Shown: positions 1-14,639, counted from the first letter of the stretch. The stretch is 64,000 nucleotides of DNA from Octopus vulgaris (GCA_951406725.2 OX597818.1:57722001-57786000); one strand, 5' to 3'. Numbers and translations: made by a program. Notes: generated by a model not told the origin, from the sequence alone.

Positions 1-1426
1 GTAGTATCTTTATTGGTTTTACTAAGAATACTCTATGCCGAAGTGTGCGTTATAACAATCTAACACCTTACGTGTTGTAACAGTGTCGACGGGGATTTAA
101 AGAACTCACGAGTAATTAATAAACTCGACGAGGATAATCCAGTTCTCGTTGAGCTAATAGAAACTCGAAAGGGAGGTAATAAATTCATTAAATGGTTTGT
201 TGTGCGAATTTTCTGAAACAAAAAAATCGTAAGATTATGGAACATTTGTTGGCCGGTTAGCACGAGTAGCAAAAATAGTAACAACAGCAACTGGAAGAAT
301 AAGCAGCGGCTAGAACTGCAAGGACAACGGCTGAAGCAACAACACCTGAAACAGCTGAAAGAATATCAACACAAGCAGATACAACAGAAGGAACAGGAAC
401 AAATAATATTGCGGGAACAAATGCTACAATTACCGATGTCGTCAGGAAAGTCAGAAAAATTGTTCTGGACAGAATTTGTCGCGATCTCAATAACAGACTT
501 CAAATACGAACCTGACGAAGGAGTTACTTTCGAAGTATATTACAGAAGATATGAGCAAACATTTGAGAAAGAATGTAAAGATTGGGACGACGAGAAGAAA
601 ACGCACTTAATCTTGAGAAAACTGGCGGCAACAGAACATGAGTGATAGAGTAATTATGTACTCCAAAGGGAAACTCCTCACATGAACTTTAAGGACACAC
701 TAGATATATTGTGTAAAAATTTCATAAGGAAAAGTTTATGGTTGCACACACGTTGGAAGTGTCGGAACATAGAGAAAATTCGATGAGGGCAATATCACAT
801 ATGTTGGTAAACAGGGAATGAGAGACATCTAAGCTGGATGGATTGACGCCAGATATGTTCAAATGCATGATTTTTACACAGGAACTTGCTGCCGAAAAGG
901 ACGCAGAAGTTAGAACTAGAATTCTAGCAAAGCTGGAACAAAACCAGGACGTAACCCTACAGCAAGTGTCAGAAGAGTGTGAAAGGATAGTCAAATTAAG
1001 ATGCAACATAGAGGCAAGTGAACGTAAAGTTTGTTTCCAAGTAACGCAAGTGCGAAATGGTCAGAAAAGAGATAGTGTTTTCTAAAAAAACATGAAAAAA
1101 ATCAGGGAATAAACCCATGTTTTGCATGTGGAGGTTTACACTCGAGGAAAAATTCTCCATTTGAAAAAGTAGGGTGCTTTTGTTGTGGAAATATAGGATA
1201 TATAACGAGGTACTGTAGAACGAGCATGACAAAAAGTCAGAACAAAGGAAAAAGAATACTTAGTATGTCATAGGAAGAAATTGATAAGATAAGGATGATA
1301 ATATAAGGTGAAAATTAGAAAAAAAAATAAATATCGTCATTATGAACGGAGAAACGTGGAAATATGTTGATAAGCCAAACTCAATTAAATCGGAAAGTAG
1401 CACATGGTTTATGGGAAAAAAGATTA

Positions 1427-1847
1427 GGATCTTTTCGGTTTGAACGGCATTTTTTAACATAATTTCTAGGTAACTAAAAACTTTTAAACTTCGTATACTG
1501 GTAGAATGTGTTTATAAAACATCTTTTTCTCTTGGCTTTATTCAGAAAATTCTATAGTTTGTAAGATATTTGTTGTTTTTTTCTTCAATTTCTGCAATTT
1601 TAACCAATCACTGACGTCTATTTAGGTAAAAAAAAACATTCTATGCCGTATGAATATGTCCCTCGTTTAAGAAACAGATTGGGTTTATTTACATTTCTGA
1701 AGAAAAAAAAAGATGCCCTTATCTCCACCCCTAACCCTAACCCTAAAACAGATTGAAATGCAATAGATCGATACTTCGGTCATAATTATGGGTGACAATT
1801 TCATATGATACCACTACAAAAAACTGCCGTTCAAACCGAAAAGATCC
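1427..1847. mobile_element. MITE with 23-bp TIRs and an imperfect 8-bp TSD, nested in the LTR element
   Basis: ggatcttttcggtttgaacggca (1427-1449) is the reverse complement of tgccgttcaaaccgaaaagatcc (1825-1847). Flanks are aaagatta / aaagattg. Contains (CCCTAA)3 at 1729-1746. Confidence 0.85.
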
Positions 1848-2584
1848 AAAGATTGTATTTTTCGGTGAATTTGTATGTAGCGTAACATTTCGAAGTCAAA
1901 CAAAAGATACAAAGATGATGTGTTCACGCAATTTATTCATCGCAGAATATATGGAATTATTCGAAGTATGGGATACGACCATAATTGTTTTGTGTGGATA
2001 TATAGTCGATCCAGTCGAAAGTTCGGATGTGGCTGAGGGACTGAAACAAAAAAATGCAGTAAAACGGTGGAATACTTCTATGTAAGTGAAAACGAAATAA
2101 AAAATTGCCCACGATAATAAGTAAACATTGTTCAAATGTAGATGTTCAGTGGTCGAATATACACATCGATTTCGCTGGTCCTTAAAATGGTTCTTGCCAC
2201 TTAGTGATAGTTTATAGTTTCTCGAAATGGCCTGAAATTAGTAAGAGTAAAAAACCGACCTCCTCAACGGTGATAAATTTTTACAAGACTTATTTGCAAG
2301 ATGTGATATTCCAGACAAGACAGTGTCTAATAATGGAACGCAATTTGCGGTGGGACATATACCTATGGCACCCTACCATCCCAAATCTAATGGACAAGCA
2401 GAACTTTTTGTCAATGTCACGGATGAGGTAGCAGTACAACAATGTTTAAGAGTGTGCCGTGTGACACCCAATCCGAATACACCGACAGGTAGCTCACCAG
2501 CGGTGCTGATGTTTGCAACGAAAGTACAATCAGTCTTTGATAAATTGCTACCTGGCAAGAAAAGTAAAAGTATCAGGGAAGATA

Positions 2585-2826
2585 CAGTTGCGGTCAAAAT
2601 GTTCAGAACGGCATTGTTTTCGTCAGAAAAGTAGATATAAGTTTTTATCAAAGTTGTTTCATATTCTATAATTTTCACCGACAATAAATACGATATTATT
2701 TGTTATTGCCTGAAATTTTGGTGTAATTTGAGAGGACATACAAAAGTTATGGATGATTTAGTGATTTACTGCATATCTACTTTCCTGACGAAAACAATGC
2801 CGTTCTGAACATTTTGGCCGCAACTG
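2585..2826. mobile_element. Tc1/mariner-type MITE with ~55-bp TIRs and TA TSD
   Basis: TA|cagttgcggtcaaaatgttcagaacggcattgttttcgtcag ... ctgacgaaaacaatgccgttctgaacattttggccgcaactg|TA. Confidence 0.9.
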
Positions 2827-3158
2827 TATAACAAGATTCTTTAAAGTTGGCGAAAAGGTGTATATGAAGGCATGCCAGAATGGAAAACTGATTTGGGAAG
2901 AATACATACTTACCAAATGCATTGGTAAAGCGATTTATTGGGTAAAAAGTAGAAAAGGCCTAGAAAAGAGACAGCGGGACCAACTGGAACAGAGATTCGT
3001 GGAAACTGAACAGAAGAAGTTGGATGAAACGATCGAATGGTTGTACGATACGAACCAATTACCAACGTCCCTACAGGTGATTGGATCCAGGCGTATAAAT
3101 GAGAGGAAAACATAGAGTTTCTGAAAATAGATACGAAGCGCAAAAAAGGGGGATGGGG

Positions 3159-3667
3159 TGAATAAAAAAAATATTGCTAAATAAAATGACACTTCCTAAG
3201 AAAAACATAAAAGGAGGAGATGATTTAGAGAATAAGTAATAATTTAAACCACTTCCACGTGACGAATGGAATAATATATTTCTTTATTGCCCACAAGGGG
3301 CTAAACATAGAGGGGACAAACGAGGACAGACAAAGGGATTAAGTCGATTACATCGACCCCAGTGCGTAACTGGTACTTTATTTATCGACCTCAAAAGGAT
3401 GAAAAGCAAACTCGACCTCGGCGGAATTTGAACTCAGAACGTAACGGCAGACGAAATACGAATAAGCATTTCGCTAACGTTTCTGCCAGCTCGCCGCCTT
3501 AACAAATGGAATAATTATCGCTATAAGTAAAGAGAAGTACGTGAAGAACGGTGGTAGATGGTAGGTACAGTCGTGTATTTACAGAGACAGCCGTGCATTT
3601 ACTTTTTTGTACTAAGTATACAGTATAAGTGGGCGTTATAATAACCCAACATTTTAAAGATGTAACA
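3159..3667 (+). repeat. 3' LTR of the Gypsy element (interrupted by a SINE)
   Basis: Starts TG after the PPT and ends tgtaaca; its terminal ~60 bp resemble positions 21-82. Confidence 0.65.
3276..3501 (-). mobile_element. SINE family B (head ggcggcgagctggcagaaacgttagc)
   Basis: Matches the other family B copies; 14-bp TSD acgaatggaataat / acaaatggaataat. Confidence 0.9.
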
Positions 3668-4020
3668 AATATACAGTTGGTGACAAAAGTTTGTTTGTAT
3701 AGTGTGAGGTCGATTTACTGTAATTCTGACATTCAGAGAAAGATGATAGTTATAATTCTCTACGGAATAATAACAGTTTAATGATAAATAATTGCGTTGT
3801 TTTGAATGTAGACAGACACTATGTCATTATTATTCCATTCTTTGTTACAATAAATGCGTTTCTGGAAACTTATTTTATCAAAAACTAAAACATTCCAAGT
3901 ATACCATAATTTTAAAACGTCAACTCATAAATATCTCACGAATTTTAACTCTTAAGATAATGATATTTAAAATAATATTTTATCGCTAGTATAATCCTAA
4001 ATATTGATATTTTAAAAGCC

Positions 4021-4155
4021 CTCGTCTGTCTTTAAGTTCCGAGTTCAAATTCCACCGAGGTTGATTTTTGTCTTTCATTCATTAACTACCAGGCTCGATG
4101 TAATTGAGTGGTCACCTCCCTAAAAATTTCGTACCTTGTGCCGAAAGTAGAAAAG
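4021..4155 (+). mobile_element. Truncated SINE family B variant
   Basis: Core gagttcaaattccaccgaggttga; perfect 15-bp TSD gatattttaaaagcc (4006-4020 and 4156-4170). Confidence 0.75.
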
Positions 4156-4314
4156 GATATTTTAAAAGCCTTGGTGAAAACACATTCCGTTATCTAGTAT
4201 TAAGAGATCTGCTTTCTGATCCTAAGTGGATGTTCCCCATTATTTGGAAATCCTTCCTGTTTTTATTTTTCTCTACCAAAAATCGTCATATATATTTCTC
4301 AGCGAAAGAAATCG

Positions 4315-4350
<36 letters not shown>

Positions 4351-5059
4351 TGGGTTGATATTCCCCGCTGCTTTTTATCTAACCTCAATATCTACGGGTT
4401 AACAAACCCAAGATTTTATCACAAAATCTCGAAAAAAAAAAAAGAATGAAGGAAATATCCATACTGTTGCACATACAAAAGGTCACTCACTTCTGGAATG
4501 AGATTCCATTATACTTGAAAGTACACCGAACTTACAGTAACAGCTGCAAACATATCTCGACGCGTTGAAACCGTTGCTGGTTACATTTTGTCTCCTTCTA
4601 TTCTTACAAACCTTTTGACATTTATATGCAATCTGAACATTTCCGATATCAATAAATGTTTTCCTCTCTTAAATCGCGTGATTTAGACATTTTCAAACCA
4701 GGAATATATTCTAGCTTCATAAATTGAAATGTTTCCATAATTCTGAAAAACAAAAAACAACCCCCCCCCAGAAAAAACGCTCAGCTGGAATCGAATTTCC
4801 TTTCAAAATAAACATATGTTTAATGTTTCTGTATGCGAAAAACTTTGATCCGACAGTCAACCTCGTCATTTCGTGATTTCAATTTATACTAGAATACAGA
4901 TTTACCTTTAAACAGTTTAAAGGTAAAAGGTAAAGGTAAAACACAAGATATTAGTACAGCGGTATTGTTTCATTCTTTTAGCTTTCTTGAGCTAAACGTG
5001 TTGTAATGAAAATATGTATTTTTCCTTGGATGCCTACTGGAAATTTTGTACTCTTATGT

Positions 5060-5293
5060 TTACTCTTTTACTCTTTTACTTGTTTCAGTCATTTGACTGT
5101 GGCCATGCTGGAGCACTGCCTTTAGTCGAGAAAATCGACGCCAGGACTTTTGTTTTTTAAGCCCAGTACTTATTATATCGGTTTCTTTTGCCGAACCGAT
5201 AAGTTACAGGGACGTAAATACACCACCATCGGTTGTCAAGTGATGTTGGGGGGACAAACACAGACGCACCAACACAAACACACACATACACAG

Positions 5294-5329
<36 letters not shown>

Positions 5330-5504
5330 TCATATATACGATGGGCTTCTTTTAGTTTCCGTCTACCAAATCCAGTCACAAGGCTTTGGTCAGCCCAAGG
5401 CTACATAGTAGAAGACACCTGCCCAAGGTGCCACGCCGTGGGACTGCACCCGGACCTATGTGGTTCTTAAGCAAGCTACTTACCACACAGCCACTCCTGC
5501 GCCT
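5060..5504 (-). mobile_element. SINE family A (head aggcgcaggagtggctgtgtggtaag, internal (TA)n(TG)n, tail (gtaaaaga)n)
   Basis: tRNA-like head with A/B-box-like motifs; about 10 homologous copies in the window. Confidence 0.9.
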
Positions 5505-6195
5505 ATTTACTTTTATTATCACTATAACAGAACAGTGTTTACCAAAAAGCGAGAACACCAATTTCTGGGTGCTTTACAAGCTTTACTTTCAATCCAACGT
5601 GTGTTTGCCCATATAAGCACTTAAGTATGTATGCTACTCCGGATAACGATAGGAATATTTTGTCGGAATTTATTCACACAAATCTCTTGTATTGATTCAA
5701 ATGTTTTGCAATATTTTGTTAACTTACCTTCATTATTTGTCAAGTTATAACAAATGCGTCCTCTAATTCAGTGTAGAAACCAGCCGGTTCCATCATTTGA
5801 AGCCACCATATTTCTGCAAGTTCTTTGATTCCACGTTGATTCCACAGGATTCCTAACCTGCATAAGCAGTGGTTAAGCAAAGGCCAATTCCGAAGCATGT
5901 CACCGAACGTGGACATTTCGAACGCAAGTTGACTCTCTGCGTTTGGTAGAAATTTTAGGGAATAATTCTCAACGCTTTCGTTTCTGACAACCGAAGCGTC
6001 CATGCCAATCTATATAGCTAACAGTTGGGGTGGATTTAGACTATTGTGCGACATCAATATAGCCAGGAATCGTTAACAGAAAGCGAGCTTTTCTGCAACA
6101 AGAGAACACAAGACCTCACTCGACTCAAACGATCCGGAATGTACTCCAGTAACTTGAGGGAAATGATATGTTGACAAAATCAACGTAAGAGTGTT

Positions 6196-6646
<451 letters not shown>

Positions 6647-7351
6647 TATATATAGTTCGGACTTAGCACTCTCGGGTTACTCCTAGTTCCGATCCATGGC
6701 TCGCTTCTTGCAGTCGGGAAAATTGATTAATCCAGAGGATATGGAAGATTCAGTAAAGGAAGTCTTCACCTAGAAGCACAAGAACTGGTGACAGTGTAGG
6801 AACAAAGACCTGACAGAAATGTAACCTCCAAACAGTACAGCACGACGACCTCTATTCTGGAAGCTTGGCTGCTTTTGTTGTAACTAGATGAATAAAGCAA
6901 ATAATTTGCCGAAATATTGTTAAAGTTTTTAACTCAACACAATCTAATTCAGGTCATTGAGAGATATTTATATTTCAATCCCGTTTTGTCTATGACATAT
7001 TCCATTAAGTTTCTGTTTCATTTCACTTGCTATAAAATTTTAATTCACCCCATCCGCAGTTCTTTCGTAAAAATATTATTTAAAACAATATTGAAAAATT
7101 AAGAAAATATGTGTAGAAAATACTGCAACAAGAGACAATGTATTGATGATACTGAGGTTCTCATAAAATTATACCCAGATCTAAAACCAATAAGAGGAGA
7201 AAGCGGGTCCATGTTTATAAGGACACAGACACAAGAATTGCAGAGTTGTAGGGAAACATAAACTAGATATATGTTGGTTTAAAACTTTTGCAGAAGGTTA
7301 GCACGTTCTGGACAGAACGAAAGTCGATTGCGTCAACCTCAGTACTAAAAT

Positions 7352-7943
7352 GGTGCAGATTTACCTGGGTGCCAGGGATTCTTTCCCATCCCAGTTACAA
7401 AAAACCCAGACGTTTTGATGTGGTGTGAAAGAAGGAAAGTTGTAAATCTAATCGAGTTAACGGTTCCTCATGAATATAATATGGACGCCGCTCGGGCTCG
7501 AAAGATTGACCGTAATGTAAACCTCCTCGAGGAATGTGAAGACGCAGGCTGGAAAGCAGAGCATTTTCCAATCGAAGTCGGATGTAGAGGGTTAACTGGA
7601 CACAGTGTGAGACGACTGTTGTTATCGTTAGGTCTAACTCATCGTAAAGTCAATACCACCATGACCGATATCCAAACTACAGTGCAGAAGGCTAGCCACT
7701 GGATTTGGTTAAAAAGAGACGATGAGCGATGCCTAGAAGAATATTGAACTTTGTTTGATTACCAGTTGATGTACCAAGCGGGGCCTCATATCAATGAGGG
7801 GGGTGGGCTGTGCATTGATGCCGTCGAGAGGTAAGCCCCGAAGCGGCGCGCATTCTCTCCTGATGATCCCATACACTTGTTGGTTTCCGGTATGCGGAGT
7901 GTTTGACTTGTAGCACTTGCATGTGCAAGTTGTTTGCAAGACA
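7352..7943 (+). mobile_element. 5'-truncated HERO-like non-LTR retrotransposon (restriction-like endonuclease C-terminus plus 3' UTR)
   Basis: ORF 7415-7747 and upstream codons read PD..MW....VNLIELTVP.E....A..RK...L.EEC...GW....PIEVGCRG...AS.WIWLKR, the PD-(D/E)xK RLE signature typical of the HERO clade. Second copy at 38318-38643. Confidence 0.85.
7780..7866 (+). ncRNA. Candidate permuted hammerhead-like motif in the HERO 3' UTR (copy 1, GAAA mutated to GAAG)
   Basis: GGGGC 7780-84 pairs with GCCCC 7835-39; GCCG-TC-GAGAG 7820-30; GAAG-CGGC 7840-47; CTCTC-CTGATGA 7855-66. Confidence 0.45.
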
Positions 7944-8562
7944 TCGATCCCGAAAGGATAAAAGGCAAAGTCGACCACGGCAGAATTTGAACTCAGATCC
8001 CGAAGACGAACGAAATGTCGCTAAGCATTTTGCCCGTTATGCTAACGTTTCTGCCAGCTCGTTGCACTAAACTAGATATATGTTCTTAAATGCTTTCAAA
8101 AAAATCCTTTGCCAGACCAACCTATCTGCTAAAAATCATCATTTGAATTCCCCAGAAATTATGGAAATGATTCCGATCAAATAATGTGATATTTATCACT
8201 AAAATTGATATCACAACACTTTCCTTTTCTGTAAGTATATTTTAGATTCTATATTTAAGGCTGCGTTCTCCTAATTCAGCATCCTTATATGATGCGTGAC
8301 AGCAAGTCCTCATTGTACTTGGAACTGGTCCATAGTGTTAAGTTAAAAATAGGCAGATTAGATTTTAGAAAAAAAGCGCCGTGGTGAGTAAAAGTGAAGA
8401 GGCGATTAACACATAACTCACAGATCATTGATAGAAGATAAACTGACTAATCAAAAATATAAGTGTGATTTGATGTGTGTGTGTGTGTATGTGTGTATGT
8501 GCATATGTCTGTGCCTTGCACTTCTGTGCTCGAGTATTTTGTTTGCGTGTTTGTAGGTGTAT

Positions 8563-8648
<86 letters not shown>

Positions 8649-8898
8649 GTATGTATGTATACATATGTATGTATATATGCACATGTATATACATGAGTAT
8701 ATATGTTATACATGTGTGTATACACACTACGACGCACACACACAAATAGAGAGAGAGTGAAACACAGAGAGAAACGCATGCATGCATGGGTGTGTATATA
8801 TATATATATATACATATACAAAAATATATATATACATATATATATATATGCATATATATACACATATATAGACCTATATATTTGTATATAAATATATA

Positions 8899-8940
<42 letters not shown>

Positions 8941-8982
8941 CATATATATATATATATATTTTTTTTTTTATTATATAGAAGG

Positions 8983-9033
8983 AGCTTCTACAGGACTAGT
9001 ACTGTTTCATTCAAGAGAAATCTTCAGGAAGCT
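8983..9033 (-). ncRNA. Type I hammerhead ribozyme (PLE-associated)
   Basis: Minus strand agcttc-CTGAAGA-tttctcttgaat-GAAAC-ag-tactagtc-ct-GTA-gaagct; helix I agcttc/gaagct is perfect; loop III contains the palindrome actagt. Confidence 0.85.
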
Positions 9034-10039
9034 ATTTAACAAGAATTGTATTAGCATTTATACATTTAGGCAGGTTTAAAGGAGTGGTGGTGGGGGACTT
9101 TTTGGGGGTAGGCATAGCGCAAAATATCATACTTGGGGGAGTGGTCAAGGAGTCAGTGGTAAGTTAGATGAAGGAATAGATAAATAAAATAAATAAAAAA
9201 ATAAAAAAATAATAAAATAATAAAATAATAAAAAAATATAAAAAATAAAAAGTAAAAAATAAAAAAATATAAAATAAAATAAAATAAAAAAATAAAAAAA
9301 TAAAAAATATAAAAAATATAAAAAATATATAAAATATATATAAAAAAAATATATATATAAAATATATATATACATACAAAAATATATATATAAAAAAAGG
9401 GGGGATAGAGTTATAGGTAAATAAGGAGATTCTCACTTATACCTATACACACATGTATACGTATCTACACACACATACATACATTCACATATATATACAC
9501 ACACATATACACACACACACATATATATACATACATATACATACCTACACATACACACATACATACATACAAATATACATATACATATATATATATATAT
9601 ACAATCCAATACAGGCCCATTCCCTAATTTTAATTTTATTATCTTCATTTATTACTTTTGTTATCTTTGATCGCTAGGGCTAAGAATCCTGGCAATGGCT
9701 GCAGTCCATTTGTCTGTCTACTAGAAGGCAAGTACTCATTCCCGCACGCACACTCATTAGCACGTACATTCACCCATTCGTACACTCATACACATACACG
9801 TACGCACGCGTTATATTCATACATACAAACATCTACATACGTTCACGTATATACACATACGTACTCGTACCTACAGATTCGTGTCTACACTTTAGGAGGC
9901 TAGACTATACATATACACCAATAAATATACATACATATATATATATATATATACCCGCATATACATACACACACACACATATATACTCCTACATACAGAT
10001 ACATACCTATATATATATACATACATATATATATACATG

Positions 10040-10097
<58 letters not shown>

Positions 10098-11676
10098 TAC
10101 ACATACACACATACATATACACACACATACATACACATATATATACATACACAAACATATATACACACATATATATATACATACACACGTACACACATAC
10201 ATACGTATACATACATACATACATCCATACATCCATACTTACATGCATTTATACGCATACACACACCCATCTATATATATGCATATATATATATACATAT
10301 ATATATATACACACTCACACATACATATACAAATCCACGCACACACATACATACATACACGTATACGCATACACGCACATACACATATACATGCGTACCC
10401 ATACACGTGCACACACGCACGCGCATCCATACATATACACACACACACATATATATACACGTGTGCAAGCATACATGCATAATCATACGCGCACACATAC
10501 TTACAAATACATATATGCACACACTTACACACATATATATACATACACATATACATGCATACATACATATATGCATACATACACACACGCACTCATATAT
10601 ATATATATATACATACATATACACATATATGTATATATATATACATATATATATACATACATAGGTACACATACGCATACATACACATACACATACATAC
10701 ACACATATATACACATATATACATATATATATATGTATATATACACATATACACATACATATATACACACATACATACATATACATACACACACACATAC
10801 ATATATACATATACACTGATACACATACCCATACATACACATGCATATACTTATATCACTACATACTCACATATATAAACATATATACATATACACACAT
10901 ACATACATACATGTACATACACATACGTATGCATATACATACATATACATATATATGCACATATACATATATATATATATATATACATACATACACACAC
11001 ACATATACATGTATACATACGCAAAAATGATACACATATATACACATACACACACACAGACAGATGCATATACATACATATACATACATATATATATACA
11101 AACTACATATCTATATAAATACATACATAATACACATATACACACACATATATATACATTCATGCATATACATATACAAGTATACACATACATACACACA
11201 CACGCACACACATACATATACACACACACATATATACAAATACATACATACATACACACATACACACACATATATATATATATATATATACATACATACA
11301 CACACATATACACGTACACATATACATATGTATATATATATATCAACAAGGGAGGGTAAAGTTAATTAGTTATTAATCAATTTCATCAAGTGTTCAGTAT
11401 GTAAAGGGACCATTATTATTTTGAGTAAACAATGTTAGAGGGAAAAAATTCTCTAAGTAGTGGAAGAGGCTAAAAAACTTTATTGGCTGCTATTTCTAGA
11501 AAGTTTAGTATGTGGCAAAGTAATTTATTTTATTTTCCTAATCCCTAATTATATAATATTTTATACATACATACACATACATAAGCACATACATTTACAC
11601 ATACATATGCACATACATATATACACATATACATACAAACACATATACACATATACACACACACACACATACAAGC

Positions 11677-11719
<43 letters not shown>

Positions 11720-11963
11720 AATATATATACATATATATTTTTTTACATGCATACATACACACACACACACATAATACATGCGTATATTCCTACTGTACCC
11801 ATGCATTTCTATACAAATATACATACATACATACGATACACATATACAAGCGTGCACATATAATATGTGAAAGGTCTTAGGAGAAAAGGTAATCGGGGGT
11901 GCTAGGGGAACAGTGGGGTTGGGGGGGGTTTGTAGGGGGGGGCGTTGTAGGGGGTTGTTGTCA

Positions 11964-13089
11964 TCAATCAGGTTGCCGGGTAGGTCTATAGTTCTTGTAG
12001 TTCGCGTACTTCTTATGCATACAATTTGGGGAGTGTTCTGAAAATTTGTTAAGGAGAGGGCCTTTGGCGAACAAGATCTCTAGGCTCTCTGATATGCATA
12101 GGTCACAGCAGGTATGTCCTCCTGTGTACGAGCGCGCCTTCTGTAGTAGTTTCCACTTGGTCTTGAAGGGGATTGAGTTCCTTTTAAGGTACCAGATGTG
12201 GGCGGCGAGGGTAGTTTGGTTGGATTTATCCTGTCGCCGGAACGAGTGTGTATGTGCATACCAGCGGGTCTTAAAGCTGTTTGACGTCATTCCAATGTAG
12301 GATTTACTTTTATCGTCAAGGCCTGATCTTACCTCGCATTTATATACTAGGTCCCTCTGTAGGCAGTTGTTGTTGAGGGGGCAGGTGGTTTTATCATGGC
12401 AGTTGCAATTGCTATCGGACGTTGGATGGGCCCCGGAGAAAGTAGATATGTTAAGTTTTTTCACATTGTTGTTGGCTAGGTTCCTGGCTAGGTTGGGCGT
12501 GGTAGAGTAGGAGAGTCTAATAGTGTTCTTATTTAGGATAGTGTAGTACTTATGTTGGGTGGGGAAGTGTTTCTGTAGGAGAGTGAAAAAGATCTTAGCT
12601 ACAGGTGTAGCGACCTCACGGTTGAAGGGGGGTTGTACCAGCTAATGTGTCTTCGTCTATTTTTCCTGGGTTGGCGTGGGGCTATACTAGTGTAGGTAAT
12701 CTTATCTTTAAAACCACTGCGGGCCAGGGCCTCGTTGTAATAGGGGGCTGCGGCCTTAAAGATATCTTCCGTGGCGGACAGGCTAGAGATTCTAATTGAG
12801 ACACTTTTTACTAGGTTATCTAATATATTTCTGGGGTGGTTGGAATTGATATCTATATATCTAAGGGATTCATTTGGTTTGTGGTACGGGTAATAAAGTG
12901 AGGTTTTTAAGTCGAGGGTTACATCTAGGAAGTTAGCCTTAGTTAAGTTGGATTCTAGGGTAATCCTAAGGCCTAAGTTTTTAAAGAAGGTGTGAAGATT
13001 TTTCCGGAACCCATCCGTGGTCCTGGGGTTTATATTGTGGAGGGCGAAGAGGCCGTCATCTCGGTAAAGACCACCGGAGAGGCCTGTGA
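11964..13089 (-). pseudogene. PLE reverse transcriptase (C-terminal half) plus GIY-YIG endonuclease, with one frameshift
   Basis: Manual translation from 13089: GLYRDDGL...NFLDVTLDL...PYHKPN...SNHP...WYNPP, then a 1-nt loss in a G6 run (~12627-12632), then SYSTTPNL...CNC....CPL...CL...VYKC...YIGMT...FKTRW...CDLC..E to the stop at 11964. Confidence 0.92.
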
Positions 13090-14639
13090 ATGTGTTTGTA
13101 TGTATATGTGTATATATGTATGTGCATATGTATGTGTAAATGTATGTGCTTATGTATGTGTATGTATGTATAAAATATTATATAATTAGGGATTAGGAAA
13201 ATAAAATAAATTACTTTGCCACATACTAAACTTTCTAGAAATAGCAGCCAATAAAGTTTTTAGCCTCTTCCACTACTTAGAGAATTTTTTCCCTCTAACA
13301 TTGTTTACTCAAAATAATAATGGTCCCTTTACATACTGAACACTTGATGAAATTGATTAATAACTAATTAACTTTACCCTCCCTTGTTGATATATATATA
13401 TACATATGTATATGTGTACGTGTATATGTGTGTGTATGTATGTATATATATATATATATATGTGTGTGTATGTGTGTATGTATGTATGTATTTGTATATG
13501 TGTGTGTGTGTATATGTATGTGTGTGCGTGTGTGTGTATGTATGTGTATACTTGTATATGTATATGCATGAATGTATATATATGTGTGTGTATATGTGTA
13601 TTATGTATGTATTTATATAGATATGTAGTTTGTATATATATATGTATGTATATGTATGTATATGCATCTGTCTGTGTGTGTGTATGTGTATATATGTGTA
13701 TCATTTTTGCGTATGTATACATGTATATGTGTGTGTGTATGTATGTATATATATATATATATATGTATATGTGCATATATATGTATATGTATGTATATGC
13801 ATACGTATGTGTATGTACATGTATGTATGTATGTGTGTATATGTATATATGTTTATATATGTGAGTATGTAGTGATATAAGTATATGCATGTGTATGTAT
13901 GGGTATGTGTATCAGTGTATATGTATATATGTATGTGTGTGTGTATGTATATGTATGTATGTGTGTATATATGTATGTGTATATGTGTATATATACATAT
14001 ATATATATGTATATATGTGTATATATGTGTGTATGTATGTGTATGTGTATGTATGCGTATGTGTACCTATGTATGTATATATATATGTATATATATATAC
14101 ATATATGTGTATATGTATGTATATATATATATATATATGAGTGCGTGTGTGTATGTATGCATATATGTATGTATGCATGTATATGTGTATGTATATATAT
14201 GTGTGTAAGTGTGTGCATATATGTATTTGTAAGTATGTGTGCGCGTATGAGTATGCATGTATGCTTGCACACGTGTATATATATGTGTGTGTGTGTATAT
14301 GTATGGATGCGCGTGCGTGTGTGCACGTGTATGGGTACGCATGTATATGTGTATGTGCGTGTATGCGTATACGTGTATGTATGTATGTGTGTGCGTGGAT
14401 TTGTATATGTATGTGTGAGTGTGTATATATATATATATGTATATATATATATGCATATATATAGATGGGTGTGTGTATGCGTATAAATGCATGTAAGTAT
14501 GGATGTATGGATGTATGTATGTATGTATACGTATGTATGTGTGTACGTGTGTATGTATATATATATGTGTGTATATATGTTTGTGTATGTATATATATGT
14601 GTATGTATGTGTGTGTATATGTATGTGTGTGTGTGTATG

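Larger units (their letters stand above)
1..3667 (+). mobile_element. Decayed Ty3/Gypsy (Mag/K02A2.6-like) LTR retrotransposon, internally deleted
   Basis: 5' LTR end (21-82, ...tgtaaca) resembles 3610-3667. PBS-like gtgtcgacgggg follows 82, and a purine-rich PPT (aaaaaaagggggatgggg) precedes TG at ~3159. Gag-like fragment 409-645 (TFEVYYRRYEQTF...LILRKL), zinc-knuckle remnants ~1115-1200, integrase remnants ~2150-2560 (HIDFAGP, FSKWPEI, NGTQF, PYHPKSNGQAE). Many stops and frameshifts; RT/RNaseH not seen. Confidence 0.85.
7276..8067 (-). mobile_element. SINE family B variant split by a nested HERO-like insertion
   Basis: 17-bp TSD taaactagatatatgtt (7259-7275 and 8068-8084); SINE pieces at ~7276-7354 and ~7945-8067. 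Confidence 0.75.

Noticed and set aside
4480-4540. FWNEIP-like LINE 3' remnant (similar at ~19780-19840 minus)
   Set aside because: Too short to support a call.
13330-13370. ctgaaca...gaaa hammerhead-like words; also 42800-42860 and 49915-50010
   Set aside because: Core incomplete and no convincing helix I/II pairing.
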